The translations under genes were made by a program, and so were the position numbers. Positions 55,630-64,000 of a stretch of DNA of 64,000 nucleotides are shown here, in pieces. Numbering within the stretch: position 1 is the stretch's first letter; each line of letters starts with the position of its first letter. Location: contig CAXXXF010000003.1 in the NCBI GenBank assembly GCA_963667175.2, positions 288,001 through 352,000 of the forward strand. The letters run 5' to 3'. Under the pieces are notes generated by a model. That model was not told the DNA's origin, searched no databases, and saw only the letters and a list, made by a program, of their open reading frames with translations. This stretch comes from Candidatus Latescibacterota bacterium. Its GTDB lineage: Bacteria > Latescibacterota > UBA2968 > GCA-2709665.

Positions 55630-56487
55630 GTGAATTCGGGAGAAGGCCCTGTCTGTGTTTCGGTGATCAATATGAAGGGTGGCGTAGGCAAAACCACAAT
55701 TGCGGCGATGCTGTGCTACTATGCGCCATCCAATCTTGATGTCCTCGCTATCGACCTCGATCCACAGGCCAACCTTTCTCAAGCACTAATGGGAGATACT
55801 CGATATAGGCAATTTCTGGACAACCAATCCCCGTCAATCGTCGAAATATTCCGAGGCTACCAACCTCCAAGCCAAGACACGGGATCGCCAGGATTGTTGG
55901 ACTCTGAAGGCGTTGTCGTAGACACGTCTCGATTAGGGGGTCCAAATGTACGAGTCATTCCTTCCAGATTTGATTTTTCCGACAATCTGATAAACTCGCT
56001 GAAGCCTGATGAAACTGTTCTCGCGCGGTGTATCGCAGAGCATTTTCAGGACAAAGACGTCATCATTATAGACTGTGCACCTACCGAGTCGATATTCACG
56101 AGAGCCGCATACCATGCATCTCGCCACGTTCTCGTTCCTGTCAAGCCCGAGTATTTCGCGACAATTGGGTTTCCTTTGCTGAACGACTCCCTCAGATCCT
56201 TCAGAGACAAAAACCGTGGACATCAGATAGATGTGATTGGTGTTGTCATCAACAACTCATCCTATCATTACAGTGGAAACCAAGGTGGTCCTGAAAGGCG
56301 GGTCGCCTTAGAAGAAATACACGAAGAGGCTGAACAAAGTGGCTGGCACGTATTCGAGAACGAGATTCCCCTTTCCCGTGGCTTTCCAAAAATGATGCGA
56401 GGGAATTTTTCTCGCCTTGGAGACGCCGGTCAATTCCGTTTTTTTGCGGAGGAGTTCTTTCAGGCGTTAGGGTTTGACCAGGATTGA
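55630..56487 (+). CDS. ParA/Soj family ATPase (orphan)
   Basis: NMKGGVGKTT deviant Walker A, IDLDPQANLS, IIDCAPT, LVPVKPE. Confidence 0.9.
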   Translation: MNSGEGPVCVSVINMKGGVGKTTIAAMLCYYAPSNLDVLAIDLDPQANLSQALMGDTRYRQFLDNQSPSIVEIFRGYQPPSQDTGSPGLLDSEGVVVDTSRLGGPNVRVIPSRFDFSDNLINSLKPDETVLARCIAEHFQDKDVIIIDCAPTESIFTRAAYHASRHVLVPVKPEYFATIGFPLLNDSLRSFRDKNRGHQIDVIGVVINNSSYHYSGNQGGPERRVALEEIHEEAEQSGWHVFENEIPLSRGFPKMMRGNFSRLGDAGQFRFFAEEFFQALGFDQD

Positions 56488-56501
56488 GGAGGTCGGTTTC
56501 T

Positions 56502-57011
56502 ATGACCAAAGCTAATCTTAAGGAGGCGCTGCGCGGGTTGGTTCATCAGTTTGGATTCGAACAGGTTGGCAGGTCCTTGCGGGAAATTCGCTACTCTGAA
56601 CTAGATGAAAACCGTTCGAAACGAGCCGACGTGTTGAGTCGAACTGTTAGCGCGAAAAAGGCTGAAAAAAAGAAGCCAAAGGTAAGCGCACCGGAGTATG
56701 TCGAGAAGATGAAACTTGGCGCGGACAAGGAGCCAATAGTACTTGAACTTGCTACAAGATTTGAAGGCAAGGACTTCTTGCCAACATTTGGAGATATTGA
56801 TAATTTCTGCCGGTTCTATGGGATTGATACGCCCGTGTCCAGGTCTAGAGCGAGTGCCATTCCGAGAGTCTTCAAATACATAGCAACAATGGATACTGAA
56901 GAAGCCCGGAAGATTCTGGATTATGGGATGTTTTCGGGCCCCTCCCGGCTTGGTCCCATCTCGGATGCGATCAGGAACTACGGAAGTGCCCGTCGAGCCA
57001 CTCGGGTTTGA
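56502..57011 (+). CDS. Hypothetical protein co-transcribed with parA-like gene
   Basis: gaggagg RBS overlapping the parA stop; 169 aa with a Lys-rich linker. Confidence 0.75.
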   Translation: MTKANLKEALRGLVHQFGFEQVGRSLREIRYSELDENRSKRADVLSRTVSAKKAEKKKPKVSAPEYVEKMKLGADKEPIVLELATRFEGKDFLPTFGDIDNFCRFYGIDTPVSRSRASAIPRVFKYIATMDTEEARKILDYGMFSGPSRLGPISDAIRNYGSARRATRV

Positions 57012-57392
57012 TTTTCACAACCGTACATTTCCGCCATTCAATTTAGCGATCAGATATTTACCCATTTGCCGACTTCCGGGGTAATACGTGGCGGAACCGC
57101 GTCTTCCGTCGGTACGAGGTATGTTCGGTGTGTACGTCGCAGGAGCAATATTCGGATCGACCCTGTAATTGACCTTCATACTGGCGTTAAAGAACAGAGA
57201 ATACGCCAAACACAAAGAAGCCGAGGTTTTCACCTCGGCTTCTTTGTTATCGATTCTCTCTTGGTTCGGGCGGTGGTTGTGGCCTGGATGGCGGCTGTGG
57301 AGCTGTTTCAGGTCTTGGAGGGGGCGCTGGTCTTGGGTTATCGGGATTACGCGGTGGCCTAATCGCCCTTTCTTATCCGCCCCTTTTCCCCA

Positions 57393-57908
57393 TCATGCCT
57401 CCCGGATTGAATATTGGTCTACCAGCGAATCGTCCGCTTCTCGTTGGCTTTTCCTGTTTAATTTATCGTTCACTGATATATCTGCCCAACCTGGAATGCT
57501 CGTCGCCCTCTCACCGGCTTCAATAAGGTCCATCAGTACTTCGTAGGCCTCTTCATTATCGATGGCGTTGTTTTCAATCTTTGACCACAACGCTTTGTGT
57601 TTGTCCTGCAAATCGAAACACATCACGCTGACCGCGTGAAGACTGGCGGATTTTCTTGCATGATTCCCAAGTAAGCCGAATACACTGACGGCAATAATGC
57701 CCAAATCTACCACGACTTCAGCCAGCCTGCCAATATAGTCCGAAAACATAAAGCGACCAGCCCCGGCGATTGCGCACAGCGCAAGTCCAATCATGATGGC
57801 ATTGTGTCGCCTGCGATAAACCCGAGAAAGCTTATCGTAGTATCTGGCTGCCCTTTCCACGTCCAGATACTCGTTCCAGGCCATCCTTCGTGTCGTGTCA
57901 CTGACCAT
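57393..57908 (-). CDS. Two-TM SLATT-like membrane protein
   Basis: RYY..L...Y.RRH followed by two TM helices and a helical tail (H...C..L......LW); ggag RBS. Confidence 0.6.
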   Translation of the reverse strand: MVSDTTRRMAWNEYLDVERAARYYDKLSRVYRRRHNAIMIGLALCAIAGAGRFMFSDYIGRLAEVVVDLGIIAVSVFGLLGNHARKSASLHAVSVMCFDLQDKHKALWSKIENNAIDNEEAYEVLMDLIEAGERATSIPGWADISVNDKLNRKSQREADDSLVDQYSIREA

Positions 57909-58165
57909 CGAAGCTCTCCGTTTTCAACGACATCCCGTCACTACAGTGAAACACGGGCCTCATCCTCTCAGCCAAAGGTACCGGATCGACGGCGGCGAGT
58001 CAAGCCATTATCCTTAGATACCGACTCGGTACCGGAAGCTGTTCAATCCGGTAGGCAGATCAGCCGGTTGACTCAGATTTAACTCCGAGAGAAAGTCGCC
58101 CCAGTCTACATTTGCGCCGAGTACGCGCTATCGTTCCCCAAGTCTGAAACGCACCGACGCGCGAT

Positions 58166-58747
58166 TCATACTCCGCCCTGTTGGTCATTCAACAGTCGTA
58201 TTCGCTTTACGATTTCGTCGATGTCGGGCGAATATCCGTCTTCAGTGGAAACATGGATTGTCGGCAGGTCGAAATCGGGCGGCGTATAGTCCCCCGGAGG
58301 CGCGGTTTCGCCGGTTCGCCTGTAGATTTCAACGCGTTTGTCGCCGTGGTAGAACTCCCGGTCCGGATCGTCCAGGCCTCGCTCGAGGTGGCGCCTGGCA
58401 GCCACCATCCCATCGACGGTGCAGACCACGAAAACCGGCATACACAATTCGAGGATCCGGGGGATTCTCGGCGCCCAGACCCTGTGCTGAAACGCCGCCT
58501 CGATGACGACGGAGATCTTCGCGGCGAGGTACCGGTTCACGATGTCGAAGAACAGATCGGTGACCAGGCTGTTGGTATCCGCCGGAAGCCGATCGTGTTT
58601 CACGCCATAGGTGTTGACGTAACCTTCCTTGATCCCGTCGCGGCGGATCACCGGCATCCACAGCCGCCCGGCAAGTTTCCCGGATAACGTGGTTTTTCCC
58701 GATCCCGGCCGACCCGTGACGATGACGCAGGTGGGTTTACGGCTCAT
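58166..58747 (-). CDS. P-loop kinase / AAA_33 family protein
   Basis: IVTGRPGSGKTT, RDGIKE, VVIEAAF. Confidence 0.85.
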   Translation of the reverse strand: MSRKPTCVIVTGRPGSGKTTLSGKLAGRLWMPVIRRDGIKEGYVNTYGVKHDRLPADTNSLVTDLFFDIVNRYLAAKISVVIEAAFQHRVWAPRIPRILELCMPVFVVCTVDGMVAARRHLERGLDDPDREFYHGDKRVEIYRRTGETAPPGDYTPPDFDLPTIHVSTEDGYSPDIDEIVKRIRLLNDQQGGV

Positions 58748-58786
58748 GTATCTACGGCTCGAAATAGGTTGAAGAACAGACCGCGT

Positions 58787-60469
58787 TCAATCCACCGGCA
58801 GTCCCACCCTCTTCCCCTCCTCCAGGTCCATTGTCACCGCACGGAATTGAAAGCCATATCGCTCGACCCCGTCACTTCCCGCGCCATCGCCCGTATCGAG
58901 CACCAGCACCGTCGCGCCTTTCAGGTCCGCGTCCGCGCGAACCTCGTACGTGCCGTTTTTCCGCCGTCCGAACCGCACCGTGCGCCGAGCGCGCTCCCAC
59001 GCGTCGATCTTGGCCGCCGTCCACCACGGCATCCCCCTGTCCCTGGTGTATCCGACGATTTCCCTGAGCCCGCCGCGAACGGCCGGCTCCCGGACGTGCG
59101 CGGGGTGAAACAGGAAGTGGGCGATGCCGTGGTGCTGAAAGGCCCGGTCCGCGAAACAATGCGCCAGGCGGGTGGAACATCGCTTGTGAATATCCTGTAC
59201 GGTCAGGTTCACCTCCAGGACGTCGATCGGCGGGCCGCCGGGCACATCGTCGTCAATCGGAAACCACGGGTGGCACCCCCCAAAGGGGAACCCGTTGGTA
59301 TAGGGCGTATTCGGCCCGCGGCTCTGCTCCAGGGTGATGCCCAGGCGTTCGCACCAGCGGAAGAACTCCAGCCGGCCCTGCCAGCGGAGCGTGTGGTTCT
59401 TGTTCGTCGTGACCGGCCGCCCCGACGCTTCCGTGACCGTTTTCAATTGTCCGGCCAACTCGTCAAATCCCCATCTCAGATGAGCGGTGTCCGGCTTCTG
59501 GTCGTCCGATGCCGTGTGCCAGGTCTGCGCGTCGTAGTGCAGGGCCACCTCGGAACCGTAGTCGTGGATCGCGCGGTAGAACGCCGGTTGATAGTGCCCG
59601 GCCATGATGCACCACGTCGTGTGGATGTCCGCCTCTTGCGTCAAGCGCAATAGAGACCAGCCCAGCGCTTCGTCTCCGCCGTCGGAGTCGTGGGACATGT
59701 GCGCGATCGCGGGCAGGTTGTCCGGCCAGTACCACAGGACGGGCAGGGATACGCCGACCTCCAGGCAGGCGTAGAGGACCGCCTTAATGATGAGCTCGCG
59801 AAACTCGTCCGCTATCGGCTCGAGGAAGACGAGGTTTTCCTCCTCGCCCGGCACGGGCGACCGGTCGCGGTCCAGGTCCAGCGCGAGTCCCTGGATCACG
59901 TCGATCCGCGTGGGACCCGACGCGGGGGATATCGGGCGCCCCTGCTGGATATGCACAACCGTGCGGATGACGTCGGGACCCACGGCGATTGCCAGACCCC
60001 TTCCGGGCCGATGCGCCACCACCCCGTCGCTGGCGCCCATTACCCTCGCCAACGCCGTCCCATCCACGGCTTTGATCCTGCGCCCGCCGAATCCGTGCAG
60101 ACTGCTGGCGAACCCCGCCGTTACCGGATGGTCGTTCTGCGTGACCTGCACGTATCCTTCCGCCATGTCTCCCCGGTCCGTCGCGCCGAACACGCTGTCC
60201 AGCCCCGACATGCCGCCCAGGCCGATCAGCGCGCCGCCCGATTCCACAAATCCTGAAAGCAGTGTCCGCTCCGACTTTGAAAGCGGCATATGCCAGGGAA
60301 GCAATACCACTCGATATCCATCCACAGCGGCCAGGGGACGTTCGATCTCGTCATAGGGTATGCCCGCGTGTGCGAGAATCTCCCGGATGTAATACCCGCC
60401 GTAATAATGCGAAGCGTCCGGCGCCGTCTGTCCATCCGGATCGGTCACCACGCACAACGGAAGGTTCAT
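58787..60469 (-). CDS. Protein with GATase1-like N-terminal domain and polysaccharide deacetylase-like (NodB/GH57 barrel) domain
   Basis: L.GFVESGGALI, SHDSDG, EVALHYD, NHTLRW, FLFHP. The ORF-track N-terminal extension is MITE sequence. Confidence 0.7.
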   Translation of the reverse strand: MNLPLCVVTDPDGQTAPDASHYYGGYYIREILAHAGIPYDEIERPLAAVDGYRVVLLPWHMPLSKSERTLLSGFVESGGALIGLGGMSGLDSVFGATDRGDMAEGYVQVTQNDHPVTAGFASSLHGFGGRRIKAVDGTALARVMGASDGVVAHRPGRGLAIAVGPDVIRTVVHIQQGRPISPASGPTRIDVIQGLALDLDRDRSPVPGEEENLVFLEPIADEFRELIIKAVLYACLEVGVSLPVLWYWPDNLPAIAHMSHDSDGGDEALGWSLLRLTQEADIHTTWCIMAGHYQPAFYRAIHDYGSEVALHYDAQTWHTASDDQKPDTAHLRWGFDELAGQLKTVTEASGRPVTTNKNHTLRWQGRLEFFRWCERLGITLEQSRGPNTPYTNGFPFGGCHPWFPIDDDVPGGPPIDVLEVNLTVQDIHKRCSTRLAHCFADRAFQHHGIAHFLFHPAHVREPAVRGGLREIVGYTRDRGMPWWTAAKIDAWERARRTVRFGRRKNGTYEVRADADLKGATVLVLDTGDGAGSDGVERYGFQFRAVTMDLEEGKRVGLPVD

Positions 60470-60487
60470 TGACAATCTCTTGGTTAG

Positions 60488-60642
60488 CAGCGCGTTGATA
60501 AAGTCAATCCGGTCTGCCTGCCTGTGCGTGTCCGCCTGCCTGCCGAGCACGTCTCGGCGCAGGCAGGCACGCAGACAGGCGCGTCTTGTCTTCGGCCACA
60601 ATGACTCGGCCTCGCCTGCAGAGCGACTTTTTCAACGGACTG
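60488..60642. mobile_element. MITE copy 2 (155 bp) with nested palindromic inserts
   Basis: TIRs cagcgcgttgataaagtc / gactttttcaacggactg; TTAG direct repeats at 60484-60487 and 60643-60646; 3' ~57 bp identical to copy 1. Confidence 0.85.
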
Positions 60643-60733
60643 TTAGTGACTGGGTCGCCGGAACTGTGTTTCACGGTGCCCCAGTGTGCTGGCGCAGGTT
60701 TTCAGGAATGGAAATCGTCAGCGTAACCTTCGT

Positions 60734-61747
60734 CTATTGCTCCGCCATTTCCTTCAACCGGTTCAATTGTCCGTCGCTGCCCAGCGCGATGAGCACGTCT
60801 TCCTCTTGAATCGTGACGCCCGACAGCCCGGCCGAGGCTGCGGGATCGACCCGGGGTTTTCCGTCCGGTCCCTGGATGCCCACGACAATCGCCCCGGATT
60901 GCTGACCGATATCGGTCTCCTTCAGTTGCCTGCCCACCAGGGGCGACCCCCCGTCCACGTGAAACTGCTCCAGCCGCATCGCCGCATCGCCCTTGCCCAC
61001 GACCACGTCGAGAAAGTCCACGATTGACGGCCGCAGCAGTACCGACGCGATTCTCCGCCCCGCCAACTGGTAGGGCGACATCACCCGGTCGGCGCCTGCC
61101 GTCAAGAGCTTTCCGATCGTCCGCTCCTCCTCCGCCCGAGCGACGATCGTCAGATCGGGATTCGCCTGCCGTGCGGAAAGCACCACGAACACGTTCAGGG
61201 CATCCTCCCTCAGCACGGCAATCAAACCCTTTGCATTATGGATGCCGGCTTCCGCGAGAACCTCGTCGTCCTCCGCGTGGCCCTCAACGAACAGGACGGT
61301 TTCGTCCCGTCCCAATTCTGAACGTGCTGGATCCTTGTCCACGATTACGAAGGGCATGTCCGCCCGCTTCAGTTCCTGCGCCACCTCCTTGCCGACCAAT
61401 CCGCCGCCACAGATGATGTAGTGATCTTTCAGGTTTGAGACCAGACGTTTCATTCTGCGCCCCCGCATGGCGTGGATAATCTGACCTTCGAAATCGAAAC
61501 TGATAAACGTCGTCACCGAATACCCGACGGCGACAAAACTGAACATCAGAAACAGGATCGTGAATCGCTGACCCATCGGCGAAAGCGGATGTACTTCGCC
61601 ATAGCCGACGGTCGTAATCGTAATCACCGTCATGTACAGACCTTCCCAGAACTTCCATCCCTCAATCCACACGTAGCCCAGCGTGCCGCCCAGCACCAGT
61701 AATACAGGAACCATGAACGCGATCGCAAAACGAACGAGCGGCGGCAT
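60734..61747 (-). CDS. 2-TM potassium channel with RCK (TrkA_N/TrkA_C) domains
   Basis: TITTVGYGE selectivity filter, HYIICGGG..G, GAD.V.SPY. Confidence 0.92.
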   Translation of the reverse strand: MPPLVRFAIAFMVPVLLVLGGTLGYVWIEGWKFWEGLYMTVITITTVGYGEVHPLSPMGQRFTILFLMFSFVAVGYSVTTFISFDFEGQIIHAMRGRRMKRLVSNLKDHYIICGGGLVGKEVAQELKRADMPFVIVDKDPARSELGRDETVLFVEGHAEDDEVLAEAGIHNAKGLIAVLREDALNVFVVLSARQANPDLTIVARAEEERTIGKLLTAGADRVMSPYQLAGRRIASVLLRPSIVDFLDVVVGKGDAAMRLEQFHVDGGSPLVGRQLKETDIGQQSGAIVVGIQGPDGKPRVDPAASAGLSGVTIQEEDVLIALGSDGQLNRLKEMAEQ

Positions 61748-61906
61748 CTTGCAACTCCGGAAAAAAACCATCAACCGGAAGACGGTGACGAGGAGCACGA
61801 TAGTGGTTCGTACAGCACGACGGACACCTCAGGCGGTGTATACGAAGCGAACCGGTTTGTCCTGCAAGAACGAGGGGACGGGCTCAGGGGGCAACTACGG
61901 AGTCTC

Positions 61907-62992
61907 TCACTGTCCGGCGTCGGCGTTTGCGACCAGGACCGGATCGCTGAGACCGTAGGCGTTGTTCCGGACTCGCGTCCGTCCGTCGGACCGCACCGAC
62001 AGTTCGTCCGGTCGCTGGTAAAGCCAGTTATGGTGGACGTCCACGCCTTCTTCAGGAACGCCGCGCACCACGACGGCCGTCTGCGGGCAGCGGAACGTGT
62101 TGTGATGCACCCTCATCCACGTACCGGCGACGTCGGTTCCGTCTTTCCGGTCCCTTCCGCCGTGCATGTCGAAACAATGGCTCAGCGACTCGCCGATTTC
62201 CACGTTGTGCCGCGCTTCGTACCCGCTGCCGGATCTGCCGGAACCCGCCAGCGAGTGCCGGTTGTAGTCGAACCGGTTGTGCTCGATCAGCGAGAATGCC
62301 TCGTCGTGGCTCACCCCGTATCCCAGGCCGTTGTATTGATTGTGATGGATGAAATTGTGGTGGACGTGATGCCCGTCACCGGCCTTGAGATAGACCGCGG
62401 CGTGACTCCAGCCCGCCAGTTCGCAATTGTCCACTTCCAGGCGCGGGAATTCCGCGTTGATTCCGTCGGAAGTCGGGAACCTGTAATAATACTCGTGCCC
62501 CCTGCCTTCCCGAAAGGAGCGGTTATGGTGCTCCAGGCACCGCTTGGGGTTGGGGCCCTTGATGCGCAGACCCGTGACACGTACGTCCGGGCCCATCACC
62601 CGGATCAGGGGTCTGGTATCGAACGTATCGCTCAGGATCATGCCGCCCTGCGATCCGTCCACGCCCCGGTCGCCGGCCAGCGTGACCCCCTCGGGAATCT
62701 CCAGGACGAGGGACTCGATGTACACCCGCTCGGTGCAGTCGATTTCCGCCTCGCCATCCACCCCGATCACGTCGCCGGCCTTCGCCTGCGCCAGGGCGTC
62801 CAGCAGGTCGTCCAGCGTTGACACCGGATCGGGTAGCGGCGATATCGCGTTTGCATACCCCTCGCCCCCGCCGATAGGGCCGCGCTCATCCGCCCGTGCG
62901 CCGCAGGATTCTCCTGCAATTTCGGTCCAGGTCTGTCCCAACGGTTCCATTTCGCTACCGAACATCGCCAGCCTCCTTTTCCGTGCGGTCAT
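61907..62992 (-). CDS. Right-handed parallel beta-helix protein (paralog of 22774-23901)
   Basis: PIGGGEGY, GVTLAGDRG, DNCELAGWSHAA, HHNFIHHNQ..GLGYGV, SHCFDMHGGRDRKDGTDVAG. Confidence 0.82.
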   Translation of the reverse strand: MTARKRRLAMFGSEMEPLGQTWTEIAGESCGARADERGPIGGGEGYANAISPLPDPVSTLDDLLDALAQAKAGDVIGVDGEAEIDCTERVYIESLVLEIPEGVTLAGDRGVDGSQGGMILSDTFDTRPLIRVMGPDVRVTGLRIKGPNPKRCLEHHNRSFREGRGHEYYYRFPTSDGINAEFPRLEVDNCELAGWSHAAVYLKAGDGHHVHHNFIHHNQYNGLGYGVSHDEAFSLIEHNRFDYNRHSLAGSGRSGSGYEARHNVEIGESLSHCFDMHGGRDRKDGTDVAGTWMRVHHNTFRCPQTAVVVRGVPEEGVDVHHNWLYQRPDELSVRSDGRTRVRNNAYGLSDPVLVANADAGQ

Positions 62993-63951
62993 TCATTCAC
63001 GGCAACCACGTATCCCTTCCTGTTATCGACCACGTTCAACAGCGGCTCGCCGTCCCGGAACCGCCGCACGTTTTCCGCGATCAGTCCGATCCGCCGATCC
63101 TCGATCCGGTCTGAATGCGCCGCGACGTGCGGCGTGATCATCACATTCTCCATCCCCCACAGCGGGTGCCCTTCCGCCAGCGGCTCCTCTTCGAAAACGT
63201 CCAGTCCCGCTCCTGCCAGTTCGCCATTCATGAGCGCCCGCGTCAGCGCGGCGAGGTCCACCACCTTTCCCCGCCCGATGTTGATGAAGATCGCGCTCGG
63301 TTTCATCGCCCGCAGCGCCGCAGCATCGATCATCCGGTCGGTCTCGCCGGTATGCGGCGCGCTCAGCACGAAGAAATCCACCTCTCCCAGCATCGCGTGC
63401 AATTCGTCCACGCCGTAAGTCTGTTCTACGAATTCCGGTCGTCCCTTTGGGGCCGGATCCAGGGCGAGTACGCGCATGCCGAACGCGTGTCCCCGTTCGG
63501 CAACCGCCAGCCCGATGCCGCCCAGACCCAGCACGCCGAGGGTCGTGCCCGCCACGTGGATGACCGGTACGTGCTTCCTCTCCCAGCGACCTTCCAGCTG
63601 ACTCCGGAAATATTCCGGAATACCCCGGGCCAGGGAAAGCAGCAGCGCAAACACGTGCTCCGCAATGACGTCGCTATAGATCCCGCGCAGGTTGGTGACG
63701 GTCACGTCGCTTTCATGTAGTTCCGGGAAATAATACCCGTCGAGGCCCGCGCTCGTCGCCTGAATCCACCGCAGCCTTGTTCCCGCGGCCAGCAGTGCCG
63801 GCGTCATCCGCCCGTAAAATGCGTCCGCGTCGCCGATCAGTTCCAGCGCCGCCGCCTCGGACTCCGCTTCATGCGTCTCCACGCCGATTTCGCGGATTCG
63901 CCCCATCCAATCCGGACTGAGCGCCGGCCAGAATACCATTTTTACCGCCAT
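62989..63951 (-). CDS. D-2-hydroxyacid dehydrogenase
   Basis: WIQATSAG, IAEH, GLGGIG, NIGRG, LDVFEEEPL, ITPHVA. Confidence 0.92.
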   Translation of the reverse strand: MAVKMVFWPALSPDWMGRIREIGVETHEAESEAAALELIGDADAFYGRMTPALLAAGTRLRWIQATSAGLDGYYFPELHESDVTVTNLRGIYSDVIAEHVFALLLSLARGIPEYFRSQLEGRWERKHVPVIHVAGTTLGVLGLGGIGLAVAERGHAFGMRVLALDPAPKGRPEFVEQTYGVDELHAMLGEVDFFVLSAPHTGETDRMIDAAALRAMKPSAIFINIGRGKVVDLAALTRALMNGELAGAGLDVFEEEPLAEGHPLWGMENVMITPHVAAHSDRIEDRRIGLIAENVRRFRDGEPLLNVVDNRKGYVVAVNE

Positions 63952-63952
63952 T

Positions 63953-64000
63953 TCAGAGCTCCTCCACCGGGATGAACGCACCCCTGTCGTCGATCATGAT
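63953..64000 (-). CDS. 3' end of an upstream gene (partial)
   Basis: Frame IMIDDRGAFIPVEEL* ends 1 nt before the next ATG and supplies its ggagg RBS. Confidence 0.5.
   Translation of the reverse strand: MMIDDRGAFIPVEEL

Noticed and set aside
57015-57233. 72-aa minus-strand ORF in the low-GC islet
   Set aside because: No RBS or recognisable motif; cannot be supported as a gene.

Overview
GC-rich bacterial chromosomal window with no rRNA, tRNA, CRISPR array or intact transposase/integrase. The gene content (dockerin/EF-hand-like secreted repeat proteins, four PhyH dioxygenases, GWxTD proteins, many sugar-acid oxidoreductases) resembles Latescibacterota/Gemmatimonadota/Poribacteria-like marine or sponge-associated bacteria; this is inference only. 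Layout: three modular secreted beta-propeller proteins (1-10.7 kb); an ECF sigma / zf-HC2 anti-sigma / two TPR-GWxTD-like genes / large GNAT gene on the minus strand; topoisomerase IV parE-parC; catabolic genes; a brnTA toxin-antitoxin pair; and three lower-GC islets with decayed genes. Main findings: (1) a probable selenoprotein at 29884-31074, missed by the ORF track because an in-frame TGA in a C-x-U motif splits it, with a SECIS-like hairpin right after the TGA; (2) a family of tiny GCCTGCCTG-ended palindromic elements, with filled and empty sites both visible, that nest inside other repeats; (3) two copies of a MITE with 18-bp terminal inverted repeats and CTAA/TTAG target duplications; (4) an orphan ParA + unknown partner + SLATT-like islet; (5) signs of domain shuffling in the secreted proteins. 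All family assignments come from motif recognition by eye; no searches were run.
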